Assembly: GCA_011109175.1 (NCBI GenBank)
Contig: RDEW01000005.1
Location: forward strand, 1,422,657 to 1,486,656
Direction: 5' to 3'
DNA length: 64,000 nucleotides
From: Dicyema japonicum
Taxonomy: Eukaryota; Animalia; Dicyemida
The position numbers and the translations under genes were made by a program. The notes under the pieces were generated by a model. It ran no database searches. It was not told the origin of the DNA and saw nothing but the letters and a program-made list of their open reading frames with translations. Shown here piece after piece: positions 50,450-63,533 of the stretch (position 1 is its first letter; every line of letters starts with the position of its first letter).

Positions 50450-50740
50450 CCTTAACAAACTGATGACTATCCAACAATATTTTGAAGATATCTCCCTCAA
50501 AATCGATAGTCACACTCCTACCTCTGATAGAAACAGTCCAATCAATATTTTCATTTCTGAGCAACCTCTTCCGCTATCAAAATCTCCAAAAATCTTGGAA
50601 TAATATTAGACACCCACGTGACTTCCCTCAACATATAAATTGCGACCAGATCCATCAACGCACAAGTGAACAAACTACATAAAAATTTACTCCGACTTCA
50701 AATCAAAACTCCCGGTTAATGTAAGAGTTGATCTTGTAAG
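50450..50740 (+). mobile_element. Family-A LINE RT fragment
   Basis: ISPSKSIVTL..SPKILGIILDTH. Confidence 0.55.
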
Positions 50741-51609
50741 GTCACAGACGCGGAAATCACCAGAATCTCAGCTCATAATCGTATAAAATTTAGTCCACAA
50801 AAGACCCAATTTGTCAATTATGCAACTCCACTGGAGAGACAACAGAACATTTACTCTTCTGCAAAGGATCTTCTTTATATCTAGACCTTCCGTGTCTGGG
50901 GGGTCTATGGGAAATCCGTTACTAGTTGCTAACTTTTCTGGTCCATCACTCAGGCCGTAATAACTCAAGGCTGAATAATAACATGGATAATATCTTCAAC
51001 ACGTGGAAACTCATGACTAATACATTCACGTGAATCGTTTAAATAAAATACTGAGAGATTCCAATTACAGATGTCATCACCTTACTTCACCACTATCCTC
51101 GATACTTACTCTTGGCTGAAATTCCGATACTGAGTGGAGAATACGATTTTTTTTGGATTACGCAGACGACATCGTTTTAGCATCATGGATCAAGAAACGA
51201 AAACTGATTGACAATTATTTCCTATGCATGTGCCTCATGGGGACCTTCGATCTCTTGGACTAATGCTCAGAAAAACGGTCATTCACATGATAAAATTTGT
51301 AGATTGAATTGCAATAGTAGTTGATGGTAGGATGATTTGGTAATCATTATGTAACTCATCTACAAACTGAGTATTCACGTCCTGACATAAGAGTATTCGT
51401 TTGTAAATATCATTTGAGCCTATGACATTAAATGATAGAACACTAAAATCCTCTGATTGTATGTGAGGCTGAGATGGATAACTAACACATTTGTGAATTA
51501 TATTTCCACTAAAATATACCAAAATATCTAAATTTCTACAATCTAAAACAACTAACATATAAAATCAGAACAGTTATCAACCGAGTAAGAATTAGTAGTC
51601 AAGAACTAA

Positions 51610-53349
<1,740 letters not shown>

Positions 53350-53829
53350 TTGAACAATAATATTTATTTAGAATTAATTATATAAAAAATATAAATTTAA
53401 TAGTTTTTAAAAAATAATATTCATAATTTTATGATAACGCAATAAAATTATTCCTTTGCCGGTCAATCATGAAGAAGGACATCCCGATCGGGTTCGCCTG
53501 AACTTCGGGAAAACTGTCTTATGATTATAAATAAATGGTCTCATTCGATACTACTAATTGGAGGCTCCTTAAAGAGAATTCTGGACAACGATGGAGAATT
53601 TATGTACATCAGGAGAAATGGTTCTCAATTCTGAGAGCACCAGTACTTGTTAATTGTTTTTGTTTTATCATTAAAATAATTGATTACGTGACTAAACTGA
53701 ATTGTTGCTTAATGTTATGAAGTACTACTAAATCCATAATTAATCTGTTTCGATAATCAAGGGTAGAACTACATCTATAATTTCCATCAATCATTATCGA
53801 TTTCAATTCACGTATCCGAAAGACTTACC

Positions 53830-54190
53830 AGTTTTTAACACTCCGTTCACTTTGGCTCCCTCGTGCAATTTATTGCGGAGGATTCAATACACTGAGACCA
53901 CATCAACGATCAGTCCTGGTATCAGTAGATGTATGCCATAACCTACAATGAATATTGTATCATACTCACCTATGCAGATGATGTCATCATCACAGCCAGG
54001 GACAGAGACCTCCAAACAGACAATAGGGTCATACAAAAAATACTTGACACCCTCACCCAATGGTTTGCTAAACTACGACTTGAGATTTCCCCACCCAATC
54101 GTAAAAATAGTCAGCCGTCCTGTACGATCATGCGCGGGAACAAGAGAAGAACACCGGGCAAGATAAGGTCGCTGTTGGAATGCATCGGGA
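53830..54190 (+). mobile_element. Family-A LINE RT fragment
   Basis: ILTYADDVIITARDRD..LTQWF..LEISP. Confidence 0.7.
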
Positions 54191-54369
54191 TATGATAATT
54201 AGTTTGGGTTTTACCGTGGTCTTGGGTTATTAAATAAATAAATATCTTAGTGGCGTTCATAAAATGAGCCTAAAATGCCAAGAAAAATTTGAGGTAGCTT
54301 TCCGTCTATCGAAAAAAATCTATCCTCACAGATTCTTAGCACAAAAGTTTGGAACGAGCATTGGAACTA

Positions 54370-54743
54370 TAGGTCAAATTTTCCAAGTAAGAATCTTCCT
54401 TGACACAGAGTCAAAAGCTATGTGGACATCTATGGACCAAAGTACAGTCTTCATGTGTCCCGACCTGTGCAAGAAACCACATCGTATAAAGTTAGTAAAT
54501 GTAGATAAGTGGGTCGAAGTAGACCTCTCCTTTTTAAAATCATGTTGAAATGACAAGTCCGGGAGGAAATTTTTGATTTTTGCAAGAACCAGTCTTTCCA
54601 GAATTTTCGACACCAAACACAATAACGCGACCGATCTGTATGAAGCTGGGTCCTTCTTCACCTTACCGGTTTCACAATTGGACGTAGGTGGGCAAGCTTC
54701 CATAAGGCTGGAATAGAATTTTTGTTAATAGAGTGGTTGAATA
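54370..54743 (-). mobile_element. Family-A LINE, RT portion downstream of the Ginger insertion
   Basis: FNHSINKNSIPALWKLAHLRPIVKP, DPASYRSVALL, FQHDFK..RST, IDVHIAFDSV; continues in frame from 62197. Confidence 0.85.
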
Positions 54744-54793
54744 TGTCGCGAGCGGTACCTGCAACTATGCGCTACTTGCAATATCGATTTTTT
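54744..54793 (+). repeat. Left TIR with two GCGCTACYTGCAA-like subrepeats
   Basis: tgtcgcgagcggtacctgcaactatgcgctacttgcaatatcgatttttt. Confidence 0.9.
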
Positions 54794-54869
54794 CCTCGAA
54801 ATTAAACGAATAGTCTTAAGACACTCACAAGTCGAACTCAGTTAACAGATAACATAATTTATTCGCAAA

Positions 54870-56745
54870 ACCCCAACTAACTAAACAAGGTAAGAGCCAT
54901 TAACTAAGGAGGATAAAACCAAGATTTGGGTCGTCTATATCGGGGCACTCTCATGAGACACCATATGTCTCTTCTCCGTAAAAAGCCCCAATTACAATGC
55001 GAGTTTCCACAAGCAATGTAATAAATCACCGATTCTTCTCGTTTTTCTTTCGTATTCGTCATCAATTTCAGATGCTAAATCCAATCCATGTGCGAGTTTA
55101 ATTGCATACCTTCTTGTCTTTTCTAATTTAGTTAGTAGGACTGATTCCTCCTCTGTTTTAAACCAACCTTGATATCCATAAATTAGGAAAGGTTCAATAC
55201 ACGTTTTATAGACAAACATAAAAGTATCTGGAGACAAATGAAAGCGGAGTAGGGACTTGAGCATTCCCGTAGCTTTCTCTCTTCGTATTTTGATGTGCTC
55301 TTTAAACGATCCTTTTTTGTTAATGCATACTCCAAGGTATATCAGGTTTTCCGAGAATTTAACATTCCCTGTATCAACATATTGATTCCTCCTATTTCTT
55401 GATATCCAGGTTACAGAACTTTTTTCTCTTGATAATGTCAATCCATTATTCCGACACCAATCTTCGAGCTACTGTTCTTTTCCATGATATTGATTTATTC
55501 ATACTAGTGTCCAAATTTAGAATGTCGTCTGCATAAATTATCATTTTGGTATTGATGTGTTCCGGTTTTGGCACCTCGCTCATTATACAGTTGAAGAGGA
55601 GGGGACTCAAAATTGAACCTTGTGGAACACCTCTTCTTAGTTTTATCTTTTTAAAGAGCATATTTCCCACACGAATATAAGACTCTCTTTCCATAAGGAA
55701 GTCTCTAATCCACATGAGCGCCGACTTTCCAATGTTCGCCTTTGACAATGTCTCGAGAAGTCCTTCATGCCAGACACTGTCAAAAGCCTTGGAAATGTCC
55801 AAACACGTTGCAGTAAGGTATTCTTTCTTACCTATAGATTCTTGAATTGACTTCCTAAGTTCCCGGATGCAGTCTTCAGTTCCTCTATTTTTACGGAACC
55901 CCCACTGATTGTTTGCAAGAAAATTGTTTTCCTCAACCACTTTTGATAATCTATTGAAGACAATTTTCTCCATAATTTTTGAAGTTGAACAAATAAGACT
56001 AATTGGTCTATAATTTTCTGGATCTTGATTTTCCTTTCTTTCCAATCATCCGAACAATCGACTTTTTCCAGGTCGATGGAACGTGAGCAAGTTTCCACGA
56101 GGCATTATAAAGCATGGTTAATGCATCAATTAACATAGCATTTTCATTCTTGAATATTTTCATTGGGATAAAATCCCATCCAGGGTTTTGTTCTTGCAGC
56201 TACAAATCGCAATTTTTACTTCTTCAGGGAAATAAGAGTACACATAGGACCCTTCATTGACACCATCCTATCATAGTGACGATTATTGCCTCGAAATTCA
56301 CATGGAATAATGGAAGCAGGATCTACTTGAATTTTTGCTAACTGTTGCCGTAGAATTTCTGGATTTCCCCCTTTGAAATACAACAACCATTGGATGATTT
56401 TAGGTGTTTTATCACATTTGTCATCAGAGGATTTTAATCTCGCGAATACTTTCCAAAAGTCTGCATTCTTGTGATTGATCGTTGAGCATTCTCTTCTCCA
56501 TTTATTTTCCTGTTTTCGTTTGGATATTTCCATTAATTCATTTTTCACTAAGCTGATCTGAACCTTTAGCTTTTCCGAGTCGGGAATGTTCCAACATCTT
56601 TTCAGTTTACTTTCAAGTCATTTCTCTCTCGATGGAGGGAATCTTCTTTTAAGCTCATTGATGAGCATCCATGCGGCATACGGAATTTTTTACTTCCATA
56701 TTCGTCCAAATAACACAATATCAAAGTCCTATTTTTGTCATCCAA
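54870..56745 (-). mobile_element. Family-C LINE, 5'-truncated and decayed, nested in the Ginger element
   Basis: FWKVFARL, NYRPISL..QWGFRKNRGT..LDISKAFDSVWH..GVPQGSILSPLLFN..IYADD, YLGV, IEPFLIYG. Confidence 0.9.
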
Positions 56746-56756
56746 GTAATCAATAT

Positions 56757-58340
56757 CTGACCTAAAGATATTTGGGCTAAAAGAAGATACTGTTATTAGA
56801 ATGATGAAAGTTGTTCGCGATTTCTTTCATGTTGCCGGCTTGGAGATGAATTCGGAAAAGTCACTGTCTAATGTTAAATCGTTATCATGTTGTGAGAATC
56901 TGGATGGAGTCAGTGGATACCGATATTTGGGTGTTTTCGAAGATGAGGGAAGTAATGTTGATAAAAACAAAGTTACAGAGTCCATACTTGAAAACGTTAA
57001 AAAAAGGATAACCATGCTTTCAAAAACTAAGTTCAATTCTGTGAAATTGCTTCGTGCAATAAATGAATACGCAAGTTCCCTAGCTGTTATATTGGATTAA
57101 TTAATATTAACCTTAGGAATTTGATGATGTTGACCAACAAATACGCCAACTGCTTACGTCACTCAAGTTGCACCTCAAACCTGCAAATAAAGAGAGGCTG
57201 TATTTGGACAGGAAGACTTTCGGAAGAAAACTTGCCTCGATTTCATTCGAGAGCGAATTAATACTTCTTCATTTTCTCAAAAGTTTGGAAAAACAGTCGA
57301 CCGTGAGTTTTCGAAGATCGGATATACTGCGTGTAATAAAAACAAAAAAAGGCACTTGGCTACAATCGCAGGATTTCTTGCCTCTAAATATGCAATTGCC
57401 GACAGGGAAAGCATGGATATTAAGTCCCTCAAGACACTCAGAAAAAATATTTATTAAATAAAATTTATTGCAGAACACTACACTCAATTATGTTCAAATG
57501 TATTGATGAAACAAATGTCGACCTATATACTTCCTCAGAATGGTTATCCAAAGGAAATAACGGCACGGAGCGAAGCATTGTACTGTCTTTTGCAAATAGG
57601 AATTTGTTTTTTGCACACACGGGGTCATTATGCAACCATTGTAAAAAAAAGCAAAAAAACCGTTGGTCATTTGGCAACCCAGTGTGGGAAAATGCTAAAT
57701 AGTAATTATCTCCGAAGACATAATGAAGTGGTAAAGTGCATCCATCTTCATCTTTGTCGAATTTATGGAATCAAAAGAAGCAGGAAATTGAAAGGACATT
57801 CGGTTCAGTCAATATTGACGAATCAAAATGTCGAAATTAGAGTTGACTCGTCGATTTTGACAGAAACAAAAGTTCAATACAATAAACCTGATATTTTTGT
57901 GTATGACAAAATAAAGAAAAAAGTAACTTTAATTGAAGTGGAGATTACCTCACCTTGCTAGCAAATGAACTTTCGCTGCTCTACGAATGCCAAGTGAAGA
58001 TTATTCCAGTGGTTTTGACATGGGATGGAGTTGTCTCAAGATGCTTCAAGAATCATATGGATAAATTATCTATTGAAGAATCAACGAGGACTTACATCCA
58101 ATCGGTTGTGCTGAAGAGAACGCTCGAAAGTATGCTCATTGAACATAAGCATGGGATGAAGGTATACGATGAAGAGTACGCCTCTGCTACTTGTGGAACT
58201 GGCATTCCGTGAGGACAGCCCACTGGACTCTAACGGAGATATTTTGACTGAATCTGATGTGGAGATGCGGAGTAACAGAGAGGTTATGGCACATTCTTCT
58301 TCTAAGAGAAGAAGAGGGATTACCAACAATCTGGATTAAA
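56757..58340 (+). mobile_element. R4-like RLE non-LTR retrotransposon, 5'-truncated at the RT DD motif
   Basis: DLKIF, GLEMNSEKS, YRYLG, LHLKPANKERLYL, CNHC..TVGHLATQC..RRHNEVV (CCHC), IRVD..YNKPDI..TLIEV (PD..E nuclease), IIPVVLTWDG. Confidence 0.9.
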
Positions 58341-58410
58341 ATACGCTTAATTAGTTGATTTACTCGTTATTGTCTTAAAAAATAATTTTTTATTTCTTAA
58401 TAATACTGAT

Positions 58411-61400
58411 TTTTTTGGTTGAGGTGGTGACGTCCCTCTACTTGCACTATGTCTTCTTCGTATTGCTTACCAGTTTCTCCCCTCACTCTTGGATCCCTCA
58501 ACTGCCGAGGCCTCAATCAGTGCTACAAGAAACAACAATTGGCGCGTGATCTGAGTAAATACAACATCTCTGTCTGTTGTTTGCAAGAGACGAAAATAAC
58601 CGAACAATCTGCAGAACTGTTTCAGAATTTTTACCTTTTGACCCTCACACCAGACTGCAGGCACTATGGGCTCGGATTTGCTGTTCATCGGCACTTGTTT
58701 CACTGTGTCTCAAGAGTATGGGCAGTATCTGACCGTGTCGCGGTGTTACAAATCAAATGCGGAAACAAACTCAACTCAGTGATCTCCATCATAAATGTAT
58801 ATGCCCCAACCGGAGCACGTGTATCAACGAATATCGAAGAACTGGATACGTTTTACTCTACTCTCACAAGTGTGTACAACTCACTTTCATCCTCTTACTT
58901 TCTTTTTATCGCCGGGGACTGGAACGCCAGGGCCGGAAAAGCAAGACCTGGTGAAACGTGTATTGGATCCCACGGTAGAAACCGCCGTAACATCCCCGGA
59001 GAGGCATTAATACAATTTTGCACGGCATTCAACCTACTCATATGCAACACTTGTTTCAAGCACCCGGCAAGACACAGGACCACGTGGGTTGGTACCAGAA
59101 AAGGCAAATCTGGAAACACAGTCAATATATACAATCAGATCGACTATATTATCTGCAAGCAACATCAGAAGGCCCTCCTACAGGACTCGAGATCTTACGG
59201 TGGACTTGAAACAAGTAGCGATCATAAACTTGTGGTCGCCCGGCTAGTACTTAAAAGAATCCATGGAATACACGGGAAACACAAAGGCCTTACCTCAGTA
59301 CGTTTCGACACTGAGAGGTTACGCTACGAAGAATCCACCAAATGTCGTTATAGTGCAGTTCTGAGAGATAGCATCAACAGTATTAACCAAAATCAGCCGA
59401 CAAACAGCTTATGGGATGAAATAGTGGTTGCTATCCAAAACACAGCCTTTAGTGTGCTTGGTCACATCACCAAATCTCGTCACAAACAATGTAATCCGGA
59501 TATCGGACAACTCTCTGTAACACAGAAAGAGCTCAGACTCCGGATGGAAAACACAAACGCTCCGGAAGATATCAAAGTACTGCGCACCCAGAGAGGGAGA
59601 GTCTTAACGAAGATCAAACAAATACAAAGATTCCTTGCCAAAAATGAAGCTGAGGAGAAAATCTCAGACATATTAAAGTACAAGAACGGACCAAGAATGT
59701 TCAAAGCAATCCGGCTTCTTAGCAGAGAAAACTGTCCAATTTCGTTAACTGTCCATGACAACCTTGGTCACGACGTTATCGGGACCATTAACAAAGCAAA
59801 CGTTCTGGCATCCCATTTTGACCTTATGTTCAACAAACAGGACGCGGCTGACCAAGCAATGAAATCTCGGAAGTCTTACAAGTACACTCTAACTAGCCCT
59901 ATTACCATATCCGAAACTCAACAAGCTATTAAAAAATTAAATACCGGAAGATCTGCCGGACCAGACTTCATTACTGCAGAACTTTTACAATACGGCCCGG
60001 AGGAGCTAATTGAAATGATTACTAACATTTTCAACCGGTCTCTCGAGGGTGCAGATGAACTGGAACTGGGAAAAGGGTGGCTAATTCCACTACAAAAACC
60101 GGGAAAAAGTAAAGGCCCCCCTCACAACTTCAGACCTATTATACTCCTAACCTCCATACGAAAAACATTATCCCTCATTGCTTTAAACCGAATAAAGGAG
60201 AGGGTGAACATATTTCTTTCGGACGGCCAAAGTGGATTCCGGACGGGCAGGTCCACGGCTGACGTGGTATGGGGGCACAGGTGGTATTGTGCCCTGTGCC
60301 AAAAATACAAAAAATCTATTGAGATACTTGGTATCGACATGTCCCGTGCGTTCGACTCGGTGGACCGTGGAAAACTTATGGAAGTGTTGGAGAGTTTTCT
60401 ACTGCCTGACGATGTCAAAATAATACACTTACTCATGCGGAACACTCAACTTGCCGTCAAAATTGGTGACTCTACCTCTAACTTTTTTTCGACCTCACGT
60501 GGAGTTCCACAGGGGGACTCACTATCCCCGGTCCTCTTTATTGTCTACCTTGAGGCCGCACTAAGAGAGTTCAGACCCCTGGTTGGCAACAATTATAACG
60601 AGATAATCTACGCGGACGACCTGGACTTTGTTTCTGAGGATATTCAAGTACTTCAACACATGCTTAACGTTCTTCCACACGTATTCTCGAAATGGTTCTT
60701 AACCGTTAACACCGATAAAACAGAGTTCACAACACTTACACGCAATGATCGAAGATCGGACGAGTCTTGGAGAAAGCAAAAGAAGGTGGGTTCGCTTCTC
60801 GGGGACTCAGAAGATGTTTCTCGGAGGAAAATCCTCGCAATGTGTGCACTAAAGAAAGTATCGAATATGTGGGGTCATAAGAAGAGGATGGGATTAAACA
60901 CCAAACTCAGAATATATAAGGCTTTTGTCATCCCCGTCCTGACCTACAATTCAGGCACTTGGGGAATCTCTAAACAAGAGATGGACCGTCTTGACGCTTT
61001 CCACAGGACACAATTGAAATCAGTAATCAAGATCAAGTGGCCTAAGAAGATCTCAAACAATGACCTCTACTCGAAGTGCAAATCTGGTATACTATCCGAG
61101 GAGATCTTCAGATCAAGATGGAGTCTCTTTGGACATATCTTACGTCTAAATGCTCAAGTACCCGCGAATATCGCCATGGAAAACTACTTAATGCATACGG
61201 GAGCCGGTTTCCGTGGAAGACCAAGAGTCACACTCCCAACTATTTTGAATGGAGACCTGTCGGCTGTGGGACTGAAGCTCACTTCCGCAGACGACCTAGA
61301 TACCTTAAGGGAACTGGCACGAAGTAGAGGGTCCTGGAAAAGGCTGATAGAGAGGATGGCTAGAAATACGGCACAAGGGAGGCTTGATTAATTTTATGAC

Positions 61401-61435
61401 TTCTCGGGAGTGCTTTAAATAATAAAAAATAAAAA
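58411..61435 (+). mobile_element. Full-length RTE-clade LINE with a 13-bp TSD
   Basis: TSD taataatactgat at 58398-58410 and 61436-61448; A/TAA-rich tail; 38-nt 5' UTR; single intact ORF. Confidence 0.95.
58449..61391 (+). CDS. RTE ORF: apurinic-like endonuclease + reverse transcriptase (980 aa, intact)
   Basis: SLNCRGL, LQETK, GDWNA, QIDYI, SDH (APE); NFRPI, QSGFR, IDMSRAFDSV, GVPQGDSLSP, YADD (RT); RWSLFGHILR, RGRPR (RTE-type C-terminus). Confidence 0.97.
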   Translation: MSSSYCLPVSPLTLGSLNCRGLNQCYKKQQLARDLSKYNISVCCLQETKITEQSAELFQNFYLLTLTPDCRHYGLGFAVHRHLFHCVSRVWAVSDRVAVLQIKCGNKLNSVISIINVYAPTGARVSTNIEELDTFYSTLTSVYNSLSSSYFLFIAGDWNARAGKARPGETCIGSHGRNRRNIPGEALIQFCTAFNLLICNTCFKHPARHRTTWVGTRKGKSGNTVNIYNQIDYIICKQHQKALLQDSRSYGGLETSSDHKLVVARLVLKRIHGIHGKHKGLTSVRFDTERLRYEESTKCRYSAVLRDSINSINQNQPTNSLWDEIVVAIQNTAFSVLGHITKSRHKQCNPDIGQLSVTQKELRLRMENTNAPEDIKVLRTQRGRVLTKIKQIQRFLAKNEAEEKISDILKYKNGPRMFKAIRLLSRENCPISLTVHDNLGHDVIGTINKANVLASHFDLMFNKQDAADQAMKSRKSYKYTLTSPITISETQQAIKKLNTGRSAGPDFITAELLQYGPEELIEMITNIFNRSLEGADELELGKGWLIPLQKPGKSKGPPHNFRPIILLTSIRKTLSLIALNRIKERVNIFLSDGQSGFRTGRSTADVVWGHRWYCALCQKYKKSIEILGIDMSRAFDSVDRGKLMEVLESFLLPDDVKIIHLLMRNTQLAVKIGDSTSNFFSTSRGVPQGDSLSPVLFIVYLEAALREFRPLVGNNYNEIIYADDLDFVSEDIQVLQHMLNVLPHVFSKWFLTVNTDKTEFTTLTRNDRRSDESWRKQKKVGSLLGDSEDVSRRKILAMCALKKVSNMWGHKKRMGLNTKLRIYKAFVIPVLTYNSGTWGISKQEMDRLDAFHRTQLKSVIKIKWPKKISNNDLYSKCKSGILSEEIFRSRWSLFGHILRLNAQVPANIAMENYLMHTGAGFRGRPRVTLPTILNGDLSAVGLKLTSADDLDTLRELARSRGSWKRLIERMARNTAQGRLD

Positions 61436-61607
61436 TAATAATACTGATAAGCACTCTAAATAATTAAAAAATTAATTTCAACAATAAAACTCTTCATTTT
61501 CCAATATTTTAAACAATTTAAAATTCCAGGTTAGACGATTGTATTCATTTAAGTTTCAATTAAGACAAAAAATTCAAAAAAATATTTTATTTATAAGAAA
61601 GGATAAG

Positions 61608-62029
61608 TCACTTCTTTTTAAGCTTTTTATTGGGCCGAGTTGCTATTATATGATTTTCTTCATCATATTGCTTAAGACTTCTGGCAAAAAGACATGTCTC
61701 ACAATTGGAAACAACATCGCGAATAACATCTCTTTTCACAAAAAAATATCGTTCTTTACAATATGCTTCTAGGATGTTTTGGCCACAATGTGTTAAATCA
61801 TGAATTTGAGTAGCGACAAACTTCATTTCCTCAACGTTGTCCGAAACAATAACCAATTTATCGCCTTCTGGTCTTTTAGATACATTCTTCCTCCTTTAAG
61901 AACGAAGCTCTTGGACTTTTTTCGGATCCTGCACATAGCATATGCAGGCACATCAGTAGGTAAGCCTCCTTCCAGAATAATTTTGAGATTATCATATTCA
62001 ACATATGTCTTAACAAACAAGCGTGACAT
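61608..62029 (-). pseudogene. Ginger-type integrase N-terminus with H2C2 zinc-binding domain; catalytic core deleted
   Basis: HDLTHCGQN..RDVIRDVVSNCETC..HIIATRP; frameshifted. Confidence 0.75.
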
Positions 62030-62141
62030 AACAATTCAAATTAGTATTAATAGTTTATATTATTTTATACAATAAAATTAATATTATTTATATTACTAAA
62101 AATTAGAATTTTAATCCAAAAGAACAATTTTTATAGATTCA

Positions 62142-62191
62142 AAAAAATCGATATTGCAGGTAGCGCATAGTTGCAAGTAGCGCTCGTGACA
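62142..62191 (-). repeat. Right TIR
   Basis: Reverse complement tgtcacgagcgctacttgcaactatgcgctacctgcaatatcgatttttt. Confidence 0.9.
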
Positions 62192-63250
62192 GAATATCCT
62201 CGTTAATGCAGCGATTCCATAGTCTCCCAAGATCTTTAGGAAGATCATTGGGATCTTATCTGGTCTGTTAGAATAGCTTTCAATGCATATCTCACGTCGT
62301 TTTCTGTGAAGTGAGTGACTATTTTGTCCATAGAAGTAATGCCATCCATGTACTGCAGTAGGTTGTCAGTAAGTGTACGGTAAAGTTTCCATTCTGCGCG
62401 TTTGTAGTTGAATTGTTCTGGGGACCTCCTACTAGTTGACGTTTCTTTTTTGATCTTCAAAAGGATCGCATTATGGTCACTTCTTGAGTTGTAAGTGACT
62501 GACCAAGTCGATGTTGCCGCCAGGCCGGGAGAACAAAGCGTGATGTCTGGAGTAGTTAGTTGGTCCGACTCCCTGAAGGGGATTCTTGTATGTTTTGACG
62601 GGTCATTCATGACCGTGAAAGGTCCTGTCTGCGAAAGTTGTACTTTTCCTCTTGAGTCGTGCGGTTGACTTGCCAGCCATAGATGGTGTTTAGCGTTGAT
62701 ATCCCCGCCAATGATCATATCGTTGTAGGAAGCCAAAGTAGATAAATTGGGCATTGTGTAGTGCTTCGGGCAAGAACCAGGTGAAGGCACATAGACGTTC
62801 ACAAAGCTAATTTTTCCATTTGTTGTTCCAAGTGGGACTGCAATGACTTCATTAACATCGTCGTCTCCCCAGATATTCTTCACCACTGAAGTGATTTCCA
62901 CACATTTAAGGTCTTTCCGATATAAAATGAGTAGGCAACCACCCCGCTTCCTCTTCCGGTCAGTCCGTATTGACTTATATCCAGAGAACACAGGGGTAGG
63001 GCTGTTTATAGGCAGTATCGTCTCTTGTATCAAAGCCACGTCGATCTTCAGCTCCGACAGGAGAGAGCGCAGTTCCAATATTTTGCCCCTTACTCCATTG
63101 ACATTTGATTGAAGAACCGTGGTCCGTTTCTTGTGGTGGGCTAGGAGTTCCTTCCGGGTAGATGAGGATGATAGTGCGTGCATCCGGGGAGACAGTTCCG
63201 TAAATGTTTAATGGTTCTCTTTGGAGGAACATTAGGTGCTCTCTGGGCGA
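62192..63250 (-). mobile_element. Family-A LINE, APE portion upstream of the Ginger insertion (internally deleted)
   Basis: LQSNVNG, ALIQET, VNVYVP, IGGDINAKH, TPDITL, RSDHNAI; ends ..ALTRI, joining FNHS at 54743. Confidence 0.9.
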
Positions 63251-63533
63251 TACCAATACTTACAGAATCAGTGAACCACATAACGCCACGCTAAAATTAT
63301 ATAAACAATTAGATGGAATAGAGAGATCTCTGGTTAAAAATACATTTATTTAAATAAATTAAATATTAAGATATGTAGAAACTCCAATATGGAGTTTGAG
63401 GATTAAGGAATTCATACCATTCTTCATTTATGATTATTTTGTTCAAAAATGGATAGTTTTCCAGTAAACAGTCTTTTTCTTTGATATTTAACACTCTCGT
63501 CCCCTCAATAAGAGCACTCAATTATAACTATCG

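Larger units (their letters stand above)
54744..62191 (-). mobile_element. Ginger2/TDD-like integrase DNA transposon (deletion derivative) with three nested retrotransposons
   Basis: 50-bp TIRs starting TGT (54744-54793 and 62142-62191, 4 mismatches). 5-bp TSD GAATA (54739-54743, 62192-62196). H2C2 integrase N-terminus at 61608-62029. Confidence 0.85.

Noticed and set aside
51283-51558. 91-aa ORF just downstream of enolase as an operon-like gene
   Set aside because: No motif and no intron support; it runs into LINE debris.
53470-53640. RILDNDGEF resembling an integrase SDNGxEF motif
   Set aside because: A single weak motif with no other integrase features.
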